A stretch of DNA of 63,585 nt, filler included, from Reticulomyxa filosa (taxonomy: Eukaryota; Protista; Foraminifera): NCBI GenBank assembly GCA_000512085.1. It is 20 parts of 20 records of this genome, joined end to end, with 100 filler letters (N's around TTAATTAATTAA, not from the genome) between each part and the next. Parts side by side here need not be neighbours in the genome. Positions count along the whole stretch, not along the records: positions 36,022 to 46,943 come from ASPP01026433.1; positions 47,044 to 48,965 come from ASPP01003745.1; positions 49,066 to 51,258 come from ASPP01037220.1; positions 51,359 to 53,395 come from ASPP01009907.1; 16 more parts are not named here. One strand, given 5' to 3'. Both the position numbers and the translations under genes were made by a program. Positions 38,250 through 51,405 of this stretch are shown here, in pieces (the stretch's first letter is position 1; every line of letters begins with the position of its first letter). The notes below the pieces were generated by a model, which saw only the letters and a program-made list of their open reading frames with translations, made no database searches and was not told the origin of the DNA.

Positions 38250-38601
38250 GACTTTGATTTCAAAATATTCCATAATTGTTTTTTTTTTAGGTTGGATACT
38301 TTTTAAGTTTAAATGAAAGGATAGCTTATACCATTGTCCCAATTAATCTAAATTTAGTTCTTACTTCAATACATTTTAATAAAATTGTTTAAAATATTTT
38401 AAAGATTTTAGTTAAGATTAAAATATAGAAATAAACAAAGAAAAATGAAATATTTTATATTTTAAAAATATTTTAAACTTTAAAAGAAAAATTGAAAAAT
38501 TAAAAGACGTTTTTTTTAAGTTGGAAGCCTTTTTTTTTTACCGCATCATTTTTGTTAAAAAAAGCCAAGTCTTTATCCTTCTCCAGCCACACTTTTGCAA
38601 T

Positions 38602-39355
38602 ATGTTATCTATTTTACTTGCCTCAAACATTGCCTGTGATGATGCTGATGCCTCAACAGCTTGCTGGTTCTTTGGTTTCATTGGCGTCGCTGCAGCCATT
38701 GTATTTGCAAGTGTGTTTATTAAATAAAAAATGTTGTTTTTTTTTTTCATTTTTCAAAAAAAAAAATAAAATAAAACTTTAATGAACAAATACAATAATT
38801 TAAATTAATTAAATAATTGAAAAAAAAGACTTGGGATCCGCTTATGGAACAGCCAAATCAGGAGTAGGAATATCCGCAATGGGTGTTATAAACCCTGATC
38901 CAGTAATGAAAAATATGATTCCAGTGGTCATGGCTGGTATCTTGGGAATTTACGGATTGATTATTTCCGTCATTTTAGTCGGCAACAGTTATTTCTTTAA
39001 ATTTATAATAATAAAATAATAGAAATTGTGTTATCAATTAAAAAAAAAAAAAAAGGGGTATTATTACGTATAAAACTTTTTTTATTTATGTGGATGTATT
39101 TTTTTTTTATTTTTTGTAGTTAAATCATCAGGCTATACCCACTACAAAGGCTATGCTCATTTGGCAAGTGGTTTAAGTGTGGGATTGTCAGCTTTAGGAG
39201 CAGGCATGGCAATAGGCATTGTTGGAGATGCTGGTGTGAGAGCAAATGGACAACAACCAGCATTGTTTGTTGGAATGATCTTGATCTTGATCTTCGCAGA
39301 AGCCTTGGGTTTATACGGTCTGATTGTGGCCATTGTTTTGTCCCAAGCCAAATAA
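38602..39355 (+). CDS. ATP6V0C: V-type ATPase V0 proteolipid subunit c; introns 38711-38828 and 38988-39119
   Basis: [55 protein letters not shown]. Confidence 0.97.
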
Positions 39356-39955
39356 ACCAAAACCAAAAGTCCCAAAATTCTTCTCTTTTTTTTCTCGCCT
39401 TTTATTTTTTGAAACGTCAATTGATGACAAAAATGAAAAAAAGAGAACTCTCAATCACTGTGTGATTTTTTTTTGCATCGATGGTTTGTTGCTTCTTATG
39501 TTGACTTGATGATTACTTCATAAAAATTCTGCACTTCAATTTTCGTTTAGAGAAATACATTTTTGCTCACTTTTGGTTTATTTATCAAAATTTTGGGATC
39601 TTAATAAGCAATTAATTGCAAAAACTGTGCAAATGTTTCAGAAACTAACCGAACGTTTGGTAACAATACATGTTCTTTTGATGGTAGCTTCTCACTTTTA
39701 ACAGTTTTTAAATAGTTTTCTTTTGCTATTGGTATCTCAATATCTTTACACTACCATTACTTTTCCATTACTTCTTTTTGTAGGATCTTGCACTTTACAA
39801 CACAATAAAATTAAAAACTATGTAAAATTGTAGTTTACTGTTTTGTTAGACAAAACTGAACTTTTCGGAAGCTTTTCTTTTTTTGGAAATTGTTGCCCGC
39901 CAAAAAAACTTATAATTGTTTTGATTGTTAGCAAATACAAAAACCAACTTGTAGA

Positions 39956-40349
39956 ATGTCTCAACAAATGTTAGAACACATTGTAAGTTGTTAAAAATAT
40001 TATATCTTCTTTTCGTAACTGTTAACCCTGCAACTGTACGTGTCACACAACAGATGAAGCAACAACAAACGGAAAGGTTTGTTGGTTCGTGCGCTGGTAT
40101 GTATTTACTTACAATTTGTTATATTTCGACACAAAAAGCGATTGGGAGGTCTTACGCTTGTTAATATCAAATAAACGGCGTGGCAATTGGTACATAGAAC
40201 ATTGTTTCAAATCGTGTATTGATTATCCTCAAGATCATTTGACTCCTCAACAAAAGCAATGTGTGGATCGTTGCGCAGCTAACTTTTCACGGGACTACGA
40301 AAAAGTTGTTCAAGTATTCCAAGGAAAGAACAAGAAATTTGTCAAATGA
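39956..40349 (+). CDS. Small Tim chaperone (Tim8/9/10/13 family), three exons
   Basis: Twin CX3C: HCFKSCI...QCVDRCA; GTAAG and GTATG donors in compatible phase. Confidence 0.88.
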
Positions 40350-40811
40350 TCTATTTAATTTTAATTGTTAAGCGCAATATCACAAGAAAATTAACATGTG
40401 CAACTGCATCCTCTTTATGGTCAATCAGGTCCTTGAACTTAACTTCTCTATTCTTTCCTCATGGCTTATTTTATTTTACTTTTTGTTGCAAAATTTCTCG
40501 TTTTTAAAGAGGGGAGAAAAAATTTCTTCACAAGTCAAATCACCAAAATGCAATCACTTTATTAAAGCAAACACCAAATCAAATTTACTTTTTTCCTATC
40601 ATCAAGAAAATAACATACATTGCAGTTCAAAATAATTTCTCTTTTCAAACATTTTTTGACTGTTTGCAATTTCTTTGGTGTTACGTATACGAGCTTGCCC
40701 ATCCAAAAAAAACTCTTTTTTTATCTTTTTTTTTCTCTGCTGTCGGTAATTGATAATGGACGATGAAAAAGGAGATGAAAATGATTGGAGAAAAATGTGC
40801 ATTGTTGAATT

Positions 40812-41166
40812 TTATCCCGATTTAAATAACAAGACTGCAACTTGATCAATGTAAAAGTATATAAAATGTTTGGTTTCATGAGTAACATAGCTACCAAAGT
40901 TTCTTCCTACGATGCAGTGCCACGTCGGGCCGTGCTTTTTGTCAAATTCTTTTTTGATGTGTGAAGCCACGTCTTTTTCTACGGAAAATTTCTCCAATGC
41001 CTTTAGCCAGACAAAAAGTGTCACCACGTTTGTTTTCAGGTTCTAAAAAACTTGGTGAGTAGAAGACGTGAAGGCTAACCGTGGTAGCGTAAGCAACAGC
41101 ATCCACTTGCATCTCCGTGGACATATCTGCGATCTTGATCACTGCTTTTTTGCTGTCTTGTGACAT
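40812..41166 (-). CDS. DYNLL1: Dynein light chain LC8, 91 aa; intron 41001-41079
   Basis: [43 protein letters not shown]...LLFKSG. Confidence 0.98.
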
Positions 41167-41518
41167 TTCTCTTTTTTTACCGACAATGAGAAAAAATCAA
41201 ATCTTAAAGATTCAAAGAAAACCTTTTTTATTGTACTACGTTTTACTTTTTATCAAGATGAAATATTGTTCAGCAATCGATATAAATATCGATCTATTTC
41301 ACGGTATTAAACTAACAAAGTTAATATTGAAATTTAAGTTTCATCTTTTACATCAAATTAATAGAATGTTGACACGGGATATTTTTGTTGAAGGACACTG
41401 AAAGACAAAAGACATAAAATTAATAATTATCGTTTTTGTAATGAAAAATGAAAAAATTTTGTTGGGATTGAAATGAACGAAACACATTCTGAAAGAAACA
41501 AAAGAACAAAAAAGAGAA

Positions 41519-43882
41519 CTAGAATTTTCGAAACAAGTACAATGCAGTGCCTGAGACAGATGCGATAACCTCTTTGTTGGGATGCCATAGGACATGAGAG
41601 ATAGCAGTATTTTTGAAAGGTCTGCGACTTCTACATAGACTCTGTTTAAGCCATAGTGGAGTAGTATCATCTTCCTTTGTTTCATTTTCTTTGTCATTGT
41701 GTAAGTCAGTATCTTTTTGCACATCGACATTGACAAAGCCACTGGCAAGAGATGAAGCATCCAAGTCATCAACAACTTTTCGTTCGTTGGAATCAGTGGT
41801 ATTGAGTTTTTTATTTTTTTCATCCTCCTTGTCTTTATTTTTATCCGTGGTTTTTTTATCTTTCTTTATTCTTTGCATACGTTGCTCTAATTTCTGTTGT
41901 TTCAACTTTTCTCTTTGGTTTTTTTTATTTCTGGTTTCATAAGGTGAGACACCAATATATCTTCGATCCAAAAAGCACTGTTGAAGTTGTACTACATCGT
42001 CACTGGACCAATCAACCACAACCATACTATTGTCATAGCTTCCACTGCACAGTGTGTTAGATTTATGAGAACAACACACTTTCCAATTGTCAAACATGGC
42101 ATCACTTTGATACAGCTTGGGCAAGTCATCCTTCATGCATATATATAATGTAATATTGCATATATATGTGTGTGCATACAGAGAGACATAGCAAATACTA
42201 CATTGTTGTGTACAAAACTTTGATATACGGCAATATTGGAATAGTTTTGAGGGCTTTATCAGAACGCCTTAAATCCCAGACATAATTGGCAAAGTAATCT
42301 CGAGTTATTATATAATCAACGCCAAAGATGCTGGCGAAGCATCCATGACGTATGCTTGTGCAAATGTCGGTATAAAAATGCCTCGACAGCTCATTGCGTG
42401 TTGTTTCAAACACAGTGCACTCTTGCATCCCTTCAACTTTTGCATTGGTTCGAATATCACATAATATTGTATTTCCTCGACTCGTTCTTTTTTGTATTGA
42501 AAAGGCTTTATTTTTTTTTGAAAAGAAAAACAAATAAAATATTTAGTTTGTTGTTCAGTGCAAAACGTGTAAGCCATGAGACCACAATGCTGCGGATGCA
42601 AAAACGCACTGGTGATAGTTTCTCGTAATTCTTCCATGTCATCGGGCTTTCGATCGCACAGCAAGTAGCTATCATTGGGCGAATCAAGATGCCACAAATT
42701 GATGCGCAAATCATCGCAAGAGATAAAGGTTTCGCAGTCTGGACTCACATCCAAGCTATTCAAAAAATGCATGGCCAGATCATGTCATTACTAGTCTTCT
42801 TTCATAATGTAGTGGGGTGTGTTTTCAAAAAAACAAAGGGAGATGAGGGAGAGGAAGAAGAAGGAAGACACACATATTCAATGAACGAACACAGTAAACA
42901 GTGCATACGAACCTGTGAATATGAAACTTATGACCATTACTATACACTCGACGTGAAATGGCAGCCGTGATCACTTCTTGTGATTGCACATCTGGCACAT
43001 AAATTGATGACATACTGGCTTCGTGTTGTTTTCTTTCTTGATATGCTTCATATGATGAGTGTCCAGAATAACGAACCAATGATTTTTCAAACACTTTCCA
43101 AAGCTTTATTGTTTTATCTATTGCCATTATTTGTTTGTGTGAGCGCGAAGGGGTCTTGCCACTGATCCAAAAAAAGTTCACTTTTTTTTTTGCTAACCGT
43201 TGGCAGCTAACAAACTAAGATAGTTCATTCCAGTTCGACACCAAGAAATACAATTAATACGCTCTTCAATTTCTAAAGATTTTAAATAATCAAATCCGGG
43301 TTGGTGTGACTGAAATTGTCCATAAAAATCATACAACATGTGAGAAGGGGTCGCTGATAATTGACTCTGTGGATTGTTTTCACTGTTGTCTTTTGTGCCT
43401 TTATTTGCGTACATATTCTCTTCATCTTCGTCGTTTCTATTACTTCGTCCTCTTTCTTCTGTCCTCGAGGTTTTTATTTCTTCTGCGTCCTTTTTTTTTC
43501 ATCAAAGTCGAAAAAGGACCAATATATTCATTTTTTGCTATATGTCGCTTCTTCCTCTCTTAACTTTGAATATTGAAAACTTGTTCCGTAACATTTGTCT
43601 ATCCCATGGTTTGCATGCATTTCTTCCGTCGTCTGTACTATATATCCATATTCTTCCGCCTTTATCGCCGATTGCTATGTGTTCTCCATCGTGCGAAAAC
43701 GCTGATGCAGTTATTATATCCGCTGGTTGAGTGTCCGGTGGTTCTGCCGTGAAAAACACTTGGTACGGTGCCCACAGTCCTGTCTCTGTTTCCTTGCTTT
43801 TTGTAAATTCATACAACGGTGGTGGAGGTGTCAATTCTCGTACTGAAGTGGAAGGGGTTTGATTTCCGGTTGCTGTCGACAT
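41519..43882 (-). CDS. PPP2R2: Protein phosphatase 2A regulatory subunit B55, multi-exon
   Basis: ADIITA...[74 protein letters not shown]. Confidence 0.95.
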
Positions 43883-44326
43883 TCTCTTTTTTATATTAAT
43901 AATTATTTTTTCTCAAAATTTTCTGAGACTTTTCTGTTTCCAAGAAATTTTTTGAAATTTTGTCACGAAAAATAATAATAAAATTTAACTTGACAGTTGG
44001 CCTGCGCATTCCTACATTTCACTACAAGACAAGCTGATACGCTTATATATTGAAAGTGATGCTATAACTAGTGCATTATTTTTATCCAGTATGCTAGTAT
44101 TGAACACGTCAAAGTGGCTCGCTAAGTTCTATCCATTGCAATCCTTTATAACAGTTTCTTTGATATTTATTTTTTTATGAAATATTTTGGGGTACCGCAA
44201 AACTGAGTGGTGAACTTTTTCAGAGTAACAAAACAAGGAAAAAAAAAATTGTGGGCTTTCTTCAAACGATTCGGAAGAAAACATTGTAATTTTTATTGTC
44301 ATTATTATTAGTGCAAAGAGGCAACT

Positions 44327-45952
44327 ATGGTGCCAAGATCTTTTCTGAGAAAGAGCAAATCACTGTCCACACCACTGTTTCACTTTCATCATTACCGATT
44401 GCACATTCAACTATGGGCAGACTTGCCAGAAACCAACGAAATGTTGGAGTGTCCATCAAGCCTTTCTGTGATTTATGAATGGCTTCGTCAACAAAATTTG
44501 CGGGAGTACGAAGACTTTAAGGTTAACGATAATGGGCAAAAGTGTCACATATTTCCAGAAAATTCTCCTTTTTTCCCTTTTTCTTCACTTTTAATGGAAA
44601 TTTCGTGTACACTGAAAATGTAGAGGGCTCTTTTTTTTATTTTTGTTTCAAATTGCATGGTAACAAAATCACAGTAACAGTAACACAAACAAACAAAAAA
44701 AAGAAAGCTCGCTACATACGTGGGAATCAAACAATAATTAAACTTCGAGAATGTCCATTGTGCCATCCCCACAAAAACAAAAAAAGCAACATGTGGAAAT
44801 TTGGCATATTTGAAGGGGGATCATTTAATTGCTTCCGCTGTGGTAATAAGGGTAATGGGACAATGTTGAGCAATGTACTGTGCAATATCGGCACGTCTAC
44901 GCCCTCTTTCGAACAGCAGCAACTCCGCGATAGTTTTGTGTTGTGTGTGCGTAGTCCAATAATTCAATACCATTTTGCAAGCAAATAAATAAACAAAATG
45001 AAAGGCTTGGCACAATTGATCGGTCCCATGACCTTGAGATCGGACATGGGAACAGAGGATACGTTATTTAGACATAGTGACTCTCAAGTCAGTACACAGA
45101 CAATCGAATTAAGACCTCGCATGGAAATGAATTGTAATGCTTTAGTAAATGATATTCCCGCTTGCAAACGAATCAACCGGGAACGAGGTTTGTCTGATAA
45201 CACATTAAAAAATTTCAATGTCGGGTTGGGCACTTATCACTTTCCCGAACAAAATTTGAAATGTAACGCATTATATTTTCCACAGTTTCGAAGAATAGTT
45301 GTGTCCGACTCACATTCACAATGTCTGCACAACAATCTTGTCCCTGTCAATTTCAAAGTTTAGAAAACAAAAAGGGAACAAATTTTTTTGTGGGGAAAAA
45401 AAAAGGCCTGTAATGTTGGAATGGAGAGGGGAACAGGTTAGATATTTTGAAGAAGAGCTTAAGAGGAAAAAAGAATAATGTATGAATAATTAGGTGAGAC
45501 ATTTGATCGGAAAGCAGTTTTGTCAAACCCCAAATTCGAATGGCACTGGCTTATTTGGCTTGAAGAGGCACTCGCAAGTGATGAAGGATAAACAATACAG
45601 GTATCTCATTGTCACGGAAGGCGAGTTTGATGCTATGGCTGTTGATGAAGCCACTGATGGCACTTTTACTGCAGTTAGCTTACCTAGCGGATGCAATATG
45701 CCTGGCCATCATATTCTACACGAACTCAGTAATTATGAACGCATCATTTTATTCTTGGATTGGGATAACGGAGGCCAAAGGTGCGCACAAATGCTATACG
45801 ACAAATTAAAACTTCAAAAATCAGACATTCAAGTTCTCATTGTCAAACAACCTGAACAATGCAAAGACTACAAAGATGCTAATGATTTACTTAAATTCAA
45901 CAAATCTGTTTTGTGTGATCTTGTTCATGATTATGTGCACAGATCCTCATAG
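44327..45952 (+). CDS. Twinkle/T7 gp4-type primase (Zn-binding domain + TOPRIM) without helicase; four exons
   Basis: CPLCH...FNCFRCGNKG, RERGLS, FPQF, FKVR, GLFG, IVTEGEFDAMAV, AVSLPSG, ILFLDWDNGG, KDANDLL, then stop. Confidence 0.87.
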
Positions 45953-47043
45953 TCTTTTTTTTTTTTGTCGTTTTGCATGTTGCCAAATTACGAGTAATTG
46001 ATGATTTGTTAGCTTCTTTCAAAATTTGCACTCATCACTTATCAATACATGTGATCAATTGAAAAAGCTAATTCCAAAAAAAACTGCAGATACATTTCGG
46101 CTCTCATTGCGTTTACTTTTTTGTATTCTTTGTACTTAATCACTTTTTACTTCTAATAATCTATTGGTTTCTCTTGCTTCGTAGTCGTTTCTGATTTGTG
46201 TGGCGTAGTTCTGTTGGTATTGATGATGAAGTTCTGGAATTGGCATTTGCGATTGTAAGACGAGTAGCTGATAATTTAAACAAATCAAAAAATAAAAATA
46301 CAGGCTAAAATAATATTGTGATTTAGATGATTGTTCATTATATTGGAGATCTTTAAAATGAAATGCTTTTTGATCAAAAAACATGAAATCGGACAAAATA
46401 TACAAGAAATAGTATATATTATTTAATTTTGTGTGTAACACTTCTAATAATTATTAAATGATCGTGATATAGAATGTAAATCATTTGACATAACACTACA
46501 GTCATATACTGAAATTATAATAGATGTACTTCATATTTGATTTGAATAATTCCAGTAACAACAATATGATACAGATTATAACGCAAATTTTGTTAACACT
46601 TGAATATTGAAATAACACAAGTTGATGCTATTCTGAAATATTAATAGATTATTAGTAAATAATCAGATCAATTTATGTATTTCATATTGATTTTGTTAAT
46701 TAAGCGAATGAAAATTACAATTTGCATTAATGTCGGTTAAGGGATTGCAATAGTGATTGTAATTGTCAAATGCTGATTATATATACAGTAGGTTGCAAAG
46801 AAAACTGAAAGCCTAAAACGATATCTTATGATGATAATTGATTTTCTCCATGAAAAATCAACATTTAGACCTATTTTTTTTTTTATTTTAAAAAAAATGT
46901 CTACAAATCTTGTAGTTTTTATATTTTAATTTTATTTTTTATTNNNNNNNNNNNNNNNNNNNNNNNNNNNNNNNNNNNNNNNNNNNNTTAATTAATTAAN
47001 NNNNNNNNNNNNNNNNNNNNNNNNNNNNNNNNNNNNNNNNNNN

Positions 47044-47086
<43 letters not shown>

Positions 47087-47090
47087 ACAA
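47044..47090. repeat. (AAT)n poly-Asn coding repeat
   Basis: Directly visible at contig start. Confidence 0.85.
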
Positions 47091-47647
47091 TTGCAACGCA
47101 AAGCAATACACAAAAGGCCATTCGCACTCCAATGTCTCCGGCGTCCTCGTCCTCTGAATCTCAGCGCTTTGCTGTGTTTAAAGATATCGACAATGCCCCC
47201 ACTGCAAATATTCCCACCACTGTTCCTCTTCCTCCATCTGCAACAGCTGCGGACTCCAAAGTCAGGGATGACAAAAAAGTCACTGGCAATGAAATACATC
47301 CTTCTTCTTCTTCTATGTTGACTCAAGGTAATCGACGTCTTTCCAAATCGCACGTAGTCGACGAACATGTGAAGGCTTTTTTACGCGACCTCAAAAAAGA
47401 AATTTGTGATTATGTGCGCAAACAGTTGAACAAGCAACCGGCATTTCAAAATCGTATGAACTACGACAAGGATAAGTATAAAACAATCGCCAGAAATGTC
47501 ACGCATCAAATGTTCAGCGATTATCGCGTTCTTTACAAAAACGAACTTATTCAACAACGAAGCAAATTCACGTTCGATGTTTTTTTAACCTCCGACCGAA
47601 AAAAACACATTGCAAACTTAATTTCAGAGTGTATTCAAGAGGGCTAA
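47044..47647 (+). CDS. C-terminal fragment with an SRI-like (Set2-Rpb1-interacting/SCAF11-type) domain
   Basis: YVRKQL...DKDKYKTIARNVTHQ...RKKHIANLI at the extreme C-terminus. Confidence 0.55.
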
Positions 47648-48499
47648 TTACCACTCTGACTTTTTAATTTCTTTTTTTTTTTCTCTTGTGCTCTCTCTTT
47701 CAATACTTTCGATCATTTTTAGTCGCTTCTATTGAGAAAAGAGAAAGAGACAAAAATATAAAACAAAACCAAAAAATTATGGATAGTGTTGTTTGTACCA
47801 TCTTTATTTTGGACAGCTATAGTCTGTCACAACTCATTTTTTGTTTAATTTGTATGATCTGTAAACACAAGTAATCCAAAATTATAAGTAGCTATTGAAT
47901 TTGAAAAAAATAAAATATGCTAATATTTTTTCTCAAGTTTTGATATTACATAGCCGTTTTCTGAATTCTCGTTGACAAGACAAATAAAGGGATTGGAATA
48001 TTTAATCATTACATTTTTTAAAAGTGTATTACATGTCCTAGTGTCTGTGGACATAGTATTTAACTGTCTTTTTTGTAATAAAAAGACAGAATTATATATA
48101 ATCAAAAATTAAACCCTGTTAAAAAAACTTTGCAACTGATATTTATCACATAATACTTTCTTTAAAATTTGAATTTTGCATCGTTAACTGACTTATTTTC
48201 TTTTTCATTTTTTCTTCCTCGGTAAAAACAATTCATTTGAGGACATACAGAAAATTGCCTAGCTATGAAGGTGTGTAGAAATATTGTAAAGTCTCTGTTC
48301 TTTCATATTCAATTACTTCAATTTTTTGCCTTGATTCCCACTTTCAAGTCGGTCTTATCTTGCGCATTGGATTTCAATGGCAGTTGTCTTAATTTTTGTT
48401 AAATAAAAAACAAAAAAATACACCATTAACTTTTTAAATTAGAAAACCCAAGTAAAACTTACTTCTAAAAAACACTTTCAAAATTGACAGAAAATAACA

Positions 48500-48965
48500 T
48501 GATGACTGCAACTTTCAGACGAACTGGTCTTAGATGTGGAGCATTGAGCAAGAGGCCAATCTGGAATCTTGTTCCTAGTGTTCTCATCAGAAAACTTCGT
48601 CAATCCAACACACGCCAAGTCAGATTGAATGAGGAGCATCAAAAAACCCAATACATGAAAAGGCTACAGGGACAACAGGGTACATCATCAAAAACAAGAT
48701 CTTCCCCTGAGTCAAAATATGAACAGTCATTCATTCGAAAAATGGAATCTGATAAAGAAATCATTCAATATCTCAATGAGAGTTCGTTTCAAGACATTAT
48801 TATTTATTCTGCAGCTATTAAAAGATGTTCAGAATTAAAATGTCCTAATTCAATCATTCGAATTATTGAAATTGTGCAAAGTAAACATATTCATCCAAAT
48901 ATCAGATTTTATAACATGCTTTTACATCATTTATGCATTTGGAATAAATTTGATTTACAAAAATA
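48500..48965 (+). CDS. Pentatricopeptide-repeat protein, N-terminal part with presequence-like leader; 3' truncated
   Basis: DIIIYSAAIKRC...IHPNIRFYNMLLHHL with 35-aa spacing; Arg-rich N-terminus. Confidence 0.75.
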
Positions 48966-49469
48966 NNNNNNNNNNNNNNNNNNNNNNNNNNNNNNNNNNN
49001 NNNNNNNNNTTAATTAATTAANNNNNNNNNNNNNNNNNNNNNNNNNNNNNNNNNNNNNNNNNNNNAATTATTATCCAAAATATTTTCCTCAATAATATTT
49101 TGCATTTTGGAACTAAGAAATTTCTAGAAAGTAATCTCTAAAAAAGTCTAGTCACCAAAAAATCTACTTCAAAAAAAAAATTTGCATATCTTGTTAACCG
49201 CATTGCGTTGCAACTTGTTGACATGACGATCAGAGTGGCTTCAAACTATCGACTTGCCAATCCTGCCAATTATCCGCAGCAACCAACGGACAAATCTACA
49301 GTTCATGCCACAAAACATACTTTGATTATACTATAAGTATTCAAATATTTAAACACATGTCATTTATCTTTTGCTTTGCTTCCTTTGTCACAAATACAAT
49401 GATATATACATTTTTTAAAAGTGGCAGCCTTGGAACTACAACGAAAAGATCCGCCAAAAGTATCAAATA

Positions 49470-51258
49470 ATGAAGAGAGGATGGAGCAAAATGTTGTGTG
49501 TAAGAATATCAAGAGAAAGAATGAGAGGAATAAAAGCAAAAAATAAAAATAAATTAGGAGTGGTTTGTATGTTGCGGAATGTGATAATGATGACAGACAG
49601 TAACGTGATAACTAATAAATTGAACATATGGCTGAACCGTCGAGCGGAGCGAATGGACGCATTACTCGAGTTAAACGAGCGACTAAAGCGTAATGAGTCG
49701 TCTGCGGAAGAGTGTTTGTGGACAACAGTAATTGGTTTGCTCCCAATGGATCGTACTTTTGCATTAGACAAGTATTTGTGTCGATCAACCATTGACGAGT
49801 GATTTACGCGCAGATAGATTGCGACCGAGAAATGATGGGCTACGCAAGCGTGTTTGGAAACCAGTGCTACTCAATCGCGGGCAACGATATCAACTTTTTC
49901 ATTCTCGATGTGCCGTTGCACGTTCAACTAAGTTTGCTGCACTTCGGTCATTTGTGAGATTGACAAGAACAAGAACAAGAGAGGATTGTGGAAAGTATAT
50001 TGTATATGATGAATAAAATAAAACATATTTGTATATGTAAATATATATAACGATTCAGGTGAAACTGAAAACAACAACTACATTAATCAGCATCGATTTT
50101 CTGCTTTGATGTGTTGAACAAGAGCGATGGTCGCATGACGATGCTCTTGGATCAACATTATCGTAATAGATCACATGTGGACATAGTCGCCAACTACTTG
50201 AGAGGATTGGAACAGAAATAATAATGTCAAAAAAAAAATACAGTGGGATTTCACACTTACAGAAACGGAGGTTTCGTGCTGCGGACTTCTTTTACTTTTA
50301 TCGGTGCAGCTGCGTCGTCCATGAATGATGACAATCACAATAAATAGTCAGTAACGACGACGAGTGCTCAAGACAGAGACAGACATGACGCTAAAGACAT
50401 GAAAGATCGTTAGATTTGAAACATAAATCGGTAGGATGCGTTGCGGCACAAAGTGCGGACATTGGAGGAGACGTTGCATTTGCAAAGCTCGGGTGAGAGT
50501 ATTGCAACGAACAATAAAAAGACGAGATACTTCAGAACGAACACAAGCAGATGCTATGATTGGACCGATGCACGACATGGCGGATAGAGAGACGATTCGG
50601 AGGATAAGGCCGTTGGCGAGACATATAACTTTGAAGACTTTGCAAAGCTTGTCCGACTCATGCGAGCGTTGGCTATCGACAAAGGCCCAACTCCACTCTA
50701 GTCGTCTGGAAATCTTAGTCCTTTGAGCTATTTCTTATGTCAGCTATTATATCACTTACAAATTGGACATTTGTCGTCGTTATGTTACATATTCTATATA
50801 ATATATGGAATATGTAAGTTTTATTTTTGTAGCATTTTGATGGAGAAACATGTGCAATTGTGAATGTTGGTGAAACAATATCATTTATGCGATCAAGATA
50901 TTGACAACAATGCTAAATGGACATACTTGATTTTGTCAACAAATGCTTGAAATGTTTGCCACTAAAAAAAAAGTAAAGTCGATCAGTAAAACATCCAGCT
51001 TGACAAAACGTCTGCATCGACGCATTCGTTGTGTGAATGAATGCCAAGTAGTAGCAGCGCCTTGGCGTCGATCCTCCAGGATTTTTATCAAAAAAACAAC
51101 AACAGCGACAATGTCACCATATGTTGGAAAGGCAATGAAAAAGGATATAATTTCGGAGGAATGCGAAGGCACAAATCATAACAGGTTGATATAAAACTTC
51201 ACTAATTTCATTTTATTGTTGATCCAAGTGCTGAAGAAATGCCAAGAGTACTTGAAAC
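49470..51258 (+). pseudogene. Heavily degraded coding-like region, family unrecognised
   Basis: Higher-GC blocks alternating with intron-like AT blocks; only short broken ORFs. Confidence 0.35.
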
Positions 51259-51405
51259 NNNNNNNNNNNNNNNNNNNNNNNNNNNNNNNNNNNNNNNNNN
51301 NNTTAATTAATTAANNNNNNNNNNNNNNNNNNNNNNNNNNNNNNNNNNNNNNNNNNNNAAAAAAAAAAAAAAAAAAATTATTTTCTAAGACCTAAGTGAT
51401 GATAC

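Noticed and set aside
46136-46800. Possible helicase exon for the primase, or an LRR relic
   Set aside because: No Walker A or SF4 motifs on the plus strand; minus-strand fragments too degraded to assign
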